Shown: piece after piece, positions 60,805 to 64,000 of the stretch
Layout of the letters: every line of letters starts with the position of its first letter
How positions within the stretch are numbered: position 1 is the first letter of the stretch
Origin: Chiloscyllium plagiosum
Taxonomy: Eukaryota
DNA: 64,000 nt
Direction: 5' to 3'
Assembly (NCBI RefSeq): GCF_004010195.1
Contig: NC_057719.1
Coordinates: forward strand, 14,258,364-14,322,363
Made by a program: the position numbers and the translations under genes
Notes under the pieces: model-generated
The model's database searches: none
What the model saw: the letters and a program-made list of their open reading frames with translations, nothing else
Told to the model about the DNA's origin: nothing

Positions 60805-61095
60805 TAAGAACACAAGAACTAGGAGCAGGGGTAGGCATCTGGCCCCTTGAGCCTGCTCCACCATTCAATAAGATCATGGCTGATCCTTTTGTGCACTCAG
60901 CTCCACTTACCGGTCTACGCACCATAACCCGTAATTCCTTTACTGTTCAAAAATCTATCTTTGCCTTAAAAACATTCAGCAAGGTAGCGTCAACTGCTTC
61001 ACGGGCAGGGAAATGCCCCCTAGTTCTAATTTCACCTGCCAGTGGAAACAACCACCTTGCTTCTATCTTATTTATTCCCTTCGTAATTTTATTTG
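60805..61095 (-). mobile_element. CR1 LINE 3' fragment
   Basis: GNLIETNKI...LFPLAGEIRTRGH...LNVFKAKID. Confidence 0.8.
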
Positions 61096-61328
61096 TTTCT
61101 ATAAGATTCCCCATTAAGTGCATTTTCCTCTTCTTTGTTGATTCAGTTCTTCCTCCATTCCATTTCTGTTGTTCAGTTGCCTGTAATAAACTCCTCATAG
61201 CACTAGCTTGTTTTATATTGCACTGGTATCTTTAATTCATATTGCCACTTTTCTTTCTTTTCATTTATCTCCTCTAATTTTATCCTCTGGAAATATCCAG
61301 AGTAAAGGAATTCCTCAGTAAAGGAATT

Positions 61329-62092
61329 ACGGTTCATCTTGGAGTGCCGTCACTAGCGGTGTTCCGCAAGGATCTGTTTTGGGACCATTGCTGTTTGTCA
61401 TCTTTATAAATGACCTGGAGGAGGGGTTAGAAGGTTGGGTGAGCAAGTTTGCAGATGATACGAAAGTCGGAGGAGTTGTAGACAGTGAGGAAGGACGTGG
61501 CAGGTTACAGCGGGATATAGATAAGCTGCAGAACTGGGCAGAAAGGTGGCAAATGGAGTTCAATGTAGCTAAGTGTGAGGTGATTCACTTTGGTAAGAGT
61601 AACAAAAAGATGGGGTACTGGGCTAATGGTCGGATACTTGGTAGTGTGGATGAGCAGAGGGATCTTGGTGTCCATGTACACAGATCTTTGAAAGTTGCCA
61701 CCCAGGTAAATAGTGCGGTGAAGAAGGCATATGGCGTACGGGCTTTTATTGGTAGAGGAATTGAGTTCCAGAGTACTGAGGACATGTTGCAGTTGTATAA
61801 GACTCTGGTGCGGCCGCATCTGGAATATTGTGTGCAGGTTTGGTCGCCATACTATAGGAAGGATGTGGAGGCACTGGAACGGGTGCATCTTTACTCAGTG
61901 AGTCGTGAGTTCATGGAATGCCCTGTCAGTAGCAGTGGTGGACTCTCCCTCTTTATGGGCATTTAAGCGGGCATTGGATAGGTATATGGAGGATAGTGGG
62001 CTAGTGTAGGTTAGGTGGGCTTGGATCGGCGCAACATCGAGGGCCGAAGGGCCTGTACTGCGCTGTATTCTTCTATGTTCTATGTTCTATGC
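61329..62092 (+). mobile_element. Young CR1 LINE RT fragment with internal deletion near 61887
   Basis: GVPQGSVLGPLLF, SKFADDTK, LYKTLVRPHLEYCVQ, ALERV then a jump to the FTQ/W region. (ttctatg)n tail. Confidence 0.95.
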
Positions 62093-62649
62093 TTCCAACT
62101 TGGAATAATTGGTTCCCTGTCCTGTGCTAACAATCCCTACACTAGTTATCACACCTCCCATATGGATGTTTCCCTTTGTGGGATAATTTAGGGTGACAGG
62201 TCATAGTTTTAGAATTAGGGCTTCCTGTATTAACACAGAGATGAAGAGGAATTATTTCTTTCAAAGGGTCGTGAATCTGTACCCAGACTACAATGAACAC
62301 CAGGATACTGAATAAATTTAATGAGAAGGTAGATTTTTAAGAAGTTGAAGGGTTATGGAAAGCCGATTGGAAGGTGGAGTTGAGACCTAGATGAGATCAG
62401 CCATAATTGTATTAAACAGCAGAGCACTTTGAGAAGTTGAAGTGCCTACTCCTGCTCCTAGCTTCTCACTCTTTATGGATATGTTCTGCACTGCTCCATA
62501 CAGGCAACCTCTGATCAGGTAAACCTACCCCTTCCAACTGTCTTCCTTCTGTTCTGATTTTTATTACTTGATTATTTTTCCTGTTTCATAGTTCCAATGC
62601 TTATTGCCTTTTTTTGTATTGTCTTTCCCCAATTACTTTTTACTTTGCT

Positions 62650-63075
62650 TAGAGTCATAGGGATGTACAGCACAGAAGCAGACCCTTCGGTCCAATTTGT
62701 CCACACTGACCAGATATCCGAAATAAACCTAGTCCCATTTTCTATCCTTTGGCCTACATCCCTCTAAATCTCTCTTATTCATATACCCATCCAGGTACCT
62801 TTTAAATGTAATTGTACCAGTCTCCACCACTTCCTCTGGCACCTCCTCCATGTACACACCACCCTCTGCATGAAAAAGGTGCCCCTTCAGTCCCTTTTAA
62901 ATCTTTCCCCTCTCATCTTAAACCTATGCCCTCTAGATTTGGACTTATCCCACCCTTGAAAAAGACTTTGACTGTTCACCCTATCCATGCCCCTCATGAA
63001 TTTATAAAAGTCCCTAAGGTCACCCCTCAGCCTCCTACACTCCATTGAAAATAGCCCCAGCCTATCCAGCCTCTC
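62650..63075 (-). mobile_element. CR1 LINE 3' fragment
   Basis: ERLDRLGLFSMECRRLRGDL...SRGHRFK. Confidence 0.88.
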
Positions 63076-63264
63076 TAAAATCATGCCATTATTATAACAT
63101 CCATTTTCTACCCAATATATAGTACCTAGTTTATTCATCTATCATTGGCATAATTCCTTTTCTACATTCTTCTTTCCTTTGATTTGACTGCCCTCTTATT
63201 TTAGTATCATTTTCAGTCAGTGAACGCCTGATATTACTAATTTTTCAGAAAAGAATAAACATGT

Positions 63265-63402
63265 TTAGGAAGGGTTTTGAGGGATATGGGCCGGGTGATG
63301 GCAGGTGGAACTAAATTGGGTTGGGATATCTGGTCGGCATGGACGGGTTGGACCAAAGGGTCTGTTTCCATGCTGTACATCTCTATGACTCTATGATTCT
63401 AT
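63265..63402 (+). mobile_element. CR1 3' tail
   Basis: ggaagggttttgagggatatgggcc...ctctatgactctatg. Confidence 0.8.
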
Positions 63403-64000
63403 GGGTGAGTCACTTGCATTTTCTGCTCATTCTTAGATTATTATCTCTTAAAATTCTGGGTGGAATAGATTAGTTAGCCAAGAAAAGGTTAATACTATCT
63501 CTCTCTTGTCTAATAAAATCTGGTCCTCACCTTTCAGACTATATAATAACACATATTGCAGCTGCAATTACCATTCTTAACATGAGCAAAACGTTGCTTA
63601 AAGAAAGTAATAAAATGTTAAGGTAGCAGCCTATTTAACAGCAAAAACAACACAGATGGCTTACTCAGACATGTTCTGTATTACTTCATCAGATCCCTGC
63701 TGCACTGACTTTAAATCCAAGCTTGTTACTTAAGGTATACACATGAAGCATATGTTAATTCTATCATGTTTGAGAGATAAAAATCAGACACTGGGAATTC
63801 CAGATTCTTCAGTGAGAGCTAATTTGGTTCCATATTGATTTGGCAACTCTACCAAGATAAGACAATCTGAATAGCACAATCCAAACTCTGTTCTGTCTAC
63901 TTTTATTGTATTTTCTTTTTTAAATGCCAACTTTGTGCTCCCTGTGCTGAAGCAGCTGGTAATCAACATGATTAAATTAGCTTTCTATAAATGGTCTGAG

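Noticed and set aside
61300..61328. agtaaaggaatt direct repeat as the CR1 TSD
   Set aside because: Both copies are on the 5' side and none follows the tail, so it is only a small local duplication.
61379..61966. 195-aa ORF with reverse transcriptase motifs as a gene
   Set aside because: 5'-truncated, internally deleted CR1 copy, not a host gene or complete element.
63665..63728. Candidate small LTBP2 hinge exon (AG...TSLDLKSVQQGSDEVIQNMS...GTAAGC)
   Set aside because: The only open frame ends in phase 2, whereas the next exon needs phase 1. The acceptor is weak and there is no homology support.

Overview
Eukaryotic genomic DNA from a cartilaginous fish, most likely a shark (inferred from abundant HE1-type SINEs, Deu-domain SINEs, CR1/L2 LINEs and Penelope elements). 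The whole window lies inside one minus-strand gene, the LTBP2 (latent TGF-beta binding protein 2) orthologue. Nine symmetric phase-1 EGF/cbEGF exons with GT-AG boundaries were found: 56124-56249, 53535-53660, 51281-51409, 37845-37964, 33002-33121, 16706-16828, 14677-14802, 6589-6714, 1717-1845. Four of them (51281, 37845, 16706, 6589) are not translated in the supplied ORF track. Compared with human LTBP2 as I recall it, the array has an extra LTBP1/4-like module, a tandemly duplicated module, and apparently lacks two modules. Almost all other listed ORFs are repeat artefacts. The most notable intronic system is a set of short palindromic Penelope-derived insertions with 9-14 bp target-site duplications. 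They carry minimal hammerhead-ribozyme-like cores (CUGANGA-N-stem-GAAA-[CG/GC]-UH), and the same core occurs in three otherwise dissimilar Penelope-type termini. Other items: a tRNA-Glu/HE1 chimeric retroposon, a tRNA-Leu pseudogene, a Tx1 LINE inserted in a solo LTR, an internally deleted Gypsy pol, local templated duplications, an orphan 170-bp repeat unit and one assembly gap. All homology calls are from motif recognition and memory, not database searches, and repeat boundaries are approximate.
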